64,000 nucleotides of DNA. It comes from an uncultured virus (IMG/VR IMGVR_UViG_3300032225_002272) (Duplodnaviria > Heunggongvirae > Uroviricota > Caudoviricetes). The number at the start of each line of letters is the position of its first letter. Position 1 is the first letter of the stretch. Location: IMG/VR virus record IMGVR_UViG_3300032225_002272, one strand, 5' to 3'. The position numbers and the translations under genes are program-made. Under the pieces are notes generated by a model. It searched no databases, was not told the origin of the DNA, and saw nothing but the letters and a program-made list of their open reading frames with translations. Shown here piece by piece: positions 62,660-64,000 of this stretch.

Positions 62660-62731
62660 TTGCTCCACTTGGACTCGAACCAAGCTCATCTGTTTCAAAG
62701 ACAGATATGATCACCCATATACTATGGAGCA
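62660..62731 (-). tRNA. tRNA-Gln(UUG)
   Basis: TGCTCCA/TGGAGCA acceptor, TCTGT-CTTTGAA-ACAGA, GGTTCGAGTCC. Confidence 0.92.
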
Positions 62732-62733
62732 AT

Positions 62734-62767
62734 AAAAAACCCGAATCAATTAGATTGATTCGGGTTT
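62734..62767 (-). terminator. attenuator terminator upstream of tRNA-Gln/glnS
   Basis: AAACCCGAATCAAT-CTA-ATTGATTCGGGTTTTTT, ending 2 nt before tRNA-Gln. Confidence 0.85.
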
Positions 62768-62795
62768 GTAAAGTTTAGACAATACGATACCATTA

Positions 62796-62846
62796 TCAAT
62801 CTGTTGGATTAATTTGTTGTTGTTGGTATTGTGATGTTGTTCTCAT
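62796..62846 (-). CDS. Gln-rich attenuator leader peptide
   Basis: MRTTSQYQQQQINPTD*; five CAA codons. Confidence 0.8.
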   Translation of the reverse strand: MRTTSQYQQQQINPTD

Positions 62847-62874
62847 AGTTCTATTTATATATTTTGTTTCCTTG

Positions 62875-62952
62875 TCGAGATGGCAGGATTCGAACCTGCG
62901 AAATTCTCCTGCTCCCAAAGCAGGCGGGGTGACCTGGCTCCCCAACATCTCG
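62875..62952 (-). tRNA. tRNA-Pro(UGG)
   Basis: CGAGATG/CATCTCG with A73, CCTGC-TTTGGGA-GCAGG, GGTTCGAATCC. Confidence 0.92.
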
Positions 62953-62961
62953 TTATTTTAG

Positions 62962-63034
62962 CGGTCCATACCGGATTCGAACCGGTACCACACACCGTGA
63001 CAGGGTGGTATTGTAACCATTCAACCAATGGACC
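62962..63034 (-). tRNA. tRNA-Asp(GUC)
   Basis: GGTCCAT/ATGGACC with G73, loop CT-GTC-AC, GGTTCGAATCC. Confidence 0.9.
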
Positions 63035-63096
63035 ATTTTGAGAATTCTTTTACTCTATTCTCTAAAGAGTATCTTTCGCTCCAAAGCTACTTTTTG

Positions 63097-63170
63097 TCGG
63101 GAAGGTCGGAATCGAACCGACTAACTGAAGCCTCCAGAGCCCCCGTGCTTAAAACCTTAGTCACTTCCCG
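63097..63170 (-). tRNA. atypical tRNA-Pro(UGG)-like gene
   Basis: CGGGAAG/CTTCCCG with A73 (C1:G72), GGGGC-TCTGGAG-GCTTC (C33), GGTTCGATTCC. Confidence 0.65.
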
Positions 63171-63185
63171 GTTTTAATATAAAAC

Positions 63186-63218
63186 AAAAAACCCAGTTAA
63201 TCTTTCGACTAACTGGGT
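63186..63218 (-). terminator. attenuator terminator upstream of tRNA-Pro/Asp/Pro
   Basis: ACCCAGTTAGTC-GAAA-GATTAACTGGGT-TTTTT. Confidence 0.85.
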
Positions 63219-63242
63219 AATGTTTCATAGTTAATATTTTCT

Positions 63243-63341
63243 TTAACTTAAAACCACATAGTTAGCCTCTTTCGAACCAGGATCCTGATCGATTACAACT
63301 TGCGGTTGCGGGTTAACGATATTTAAGTTTAAGTTTTTCAT
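63243..63341 (-). CDS. Pro/Gln/Asp-containing leader peptide
   Basis: MKNLNLNIVNPQPQVVIDQDPGSKEANYVVLS*. Confidence 0.65.
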   Translation of the reverse strand: MKNLNLNIVNPQPQVVIDQDPGSKEANYVVLS

Positions 63342-63346
63342 TTCTT

Positions 63347-63419
63347 TATATATTAAAAAGTTTTTCTTCCTTTTGTTCTTATTTTATACAAATATACAAC
63401 AAAGTTTTAATTTGTCAAA
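63347..63419 (-). promoter_or_regulatory. tandem promoters for the tRNA operon: TTTG-N19-TATATTTG and TAATATATA
   Basis: caaa 63416-63419, caaatata 63389-63396, tatatatta 63347-63355; a further TTTG-N20-TATCTTTG at 63460-63491. Confidence 0.7.
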
Positions 63420-63478
63420 TATTTTTTTAATTTATTTTATTTTTTCTCTTTTGTGACTACAAAGATATGTAGTTTATT

Positions 63479-63853
63479 TTAGATTGCCAAATTTTCTTTT
63501 GATTTATAATCTAAAATTTCAATGTTAAAAGCCGATGATAGTTTATGACCTAATTCATCAACTATAGCAAATATTTCTTTTTCATTATAAACAGTAATAT
63601 TAAAGTGGACAACAGCATCTATTTCAACAGCACCATCTGCTAATTCAGCAACAGTTCCTTCTTCAAGAATGTTAACTTCAATAGATTCAGGGTTATAAAC
63701 CAACTCACTAACTTTAGATAATCCTAAGTTTATTTTATCTTCTGTGATGTCTTCACCTTTACATAGAATATCTATGTTATAAGATTCTTTTGGGGCAGAA
63801 TATCTGAATCCTACGGTTCTTTGATATTCATTTATTGATTTTAAATGCTTCAT
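63479..63853 (-). CDS. hypothetical protein with capsid-targeting-like tag
   Basis: MKHLKSINEY; TAATATATA (minus) at 63858-63866. Confidence 0.7.
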   Translation of the reverse strand: MKHLKSINEYQRTVGFRYSAPKESYNIDILCKGEDITEDKINLGLSKVSELVYNPESIEVNILEEGTVAELADGAVEIDAVVHFNITVYNEKEIFAIVDELGHKLSSAFNIEILDYKSKENLAI

Positions 63854-63879
63854 ATATTATATATTAATTTTTACAAACA

Positions 63880-63907
63880 AAAAAACCCTCAGATAAATCT
63901 AAGGGTT
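63880..63907 (-). terminator. intrinsic terminator
   Basis: AACCCTTAGAT-TT-ATCTGAGGGTTTTTTT on the minus strand. Confidence 0.7.
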
Positions 63908-63929
63908 AATTAATTAGTGTTAAAATATA

Positions 63930-64000
63930 TTAAGCGTTAACTGATACGTTAACTGCGTTTAATCCTTTTTTACCTTCTGTTACTTCAAAGCTAACTGAAT
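63930..64000 (-). CDS. cold-shock protein (partial, C-terminus)
   Basis: SVSFEVTEGKKGLNAVNV CSD tail. Confidence 0.8.
   Translation of the reverse strand, partial: SVSFEVTEGKKGLNAVNVSVNA

Noticed and set aside
3170..62735. Short antisense or alternate-frame ORFs in the track (e.g. 3170, 3769, 7322, 8210, 16003, 16875, 17143, 17228, 17524, 21034, 21230, 28020, 29334, 31428, 34486, 35302, 41882, 43293, 44338, 49679, 50948, 56592, 57563, 60114, 62487, 62550)
   Set aside because: They are shadows of well-supported genes or tRNAs and show no protein-like motifs.
62734..62870. T-box riboswitch upstream of glnS
   Set aside because: No T-box UGGNACC bulge or stem I; the leader peptide and antiterminator explain the region better.
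63097..63170. Reading this tRNA as Gln(CUG)
   Set aside because: That register leaves G-G mismatches in the anticodon stem; C1:G72 with A73 fits Pro.
1..64000. Stop-codon reassignment (code 15 or 4), as in some huge phages
   Set aside because: Conserved genes are full length in code 11, TAG and TGA occur as real stops, and no suppressor tRNA is visible.
1..64000. Bacterial chromosome origin
   Set aside because: Housekeeping-like genes are interspersed with gp13-, gp32- and tail-tube-like genes, many short unknown ORFs and a phage-type late motif.

Overview
AT-rich, gene-dense segment of a large T4-like (jumbo/huge) phage genome. The host is probably Bacteroidota: there are TTTG-N19/20-TAnnTTTG promoters, no Shine-Dalgarno motifs and a DUF2452-like gene. 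It encodes a gp13-like neck protein, a gp32-like SSB, a tail-tube-like protein, an amidase endolysin, DnaK/DnaJ/GrpE/ClpC, nucleotide enzymes (NrdB, GuaC/IMPDH-like, DeoC, NDT-like), an RNA-repair and translation toolkit, a 12-gene GDP-fucose/glycosyltransferase cluster, GlnRS, six tRNA or tRNA-like genes and several structured ncRNA candidates. Main discovery: the tRNA/glnS operon at 60959-63419 (minus strand) appears to be gated by two ribosome-dependent attenuators. A Gln-rich leader peptide (MRTTSQYQQQQINPTD) precedes a terminator that abuts tRNA-Gln x2 and glnS. A Pro/Gln/Asp leader (..PQPQVVIDQDP..) precedes a terminator in front of tRNA-Pro/Asp/Pro. Each leader has a visible antiterminator. 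Other recurrent signals are an N-terminal MK[YH][LI]Kx[FY]..E capsid-targeting-like tag on about 18 genes, a TAATATATA late-promoter motif (20 or more copies) and a C-terminal R-x-x-x-[IL]-x-x-[ILV]-[LFIV] motif on about 10 small proteins. All product calls come from motif recognition by eye, not from database searches.
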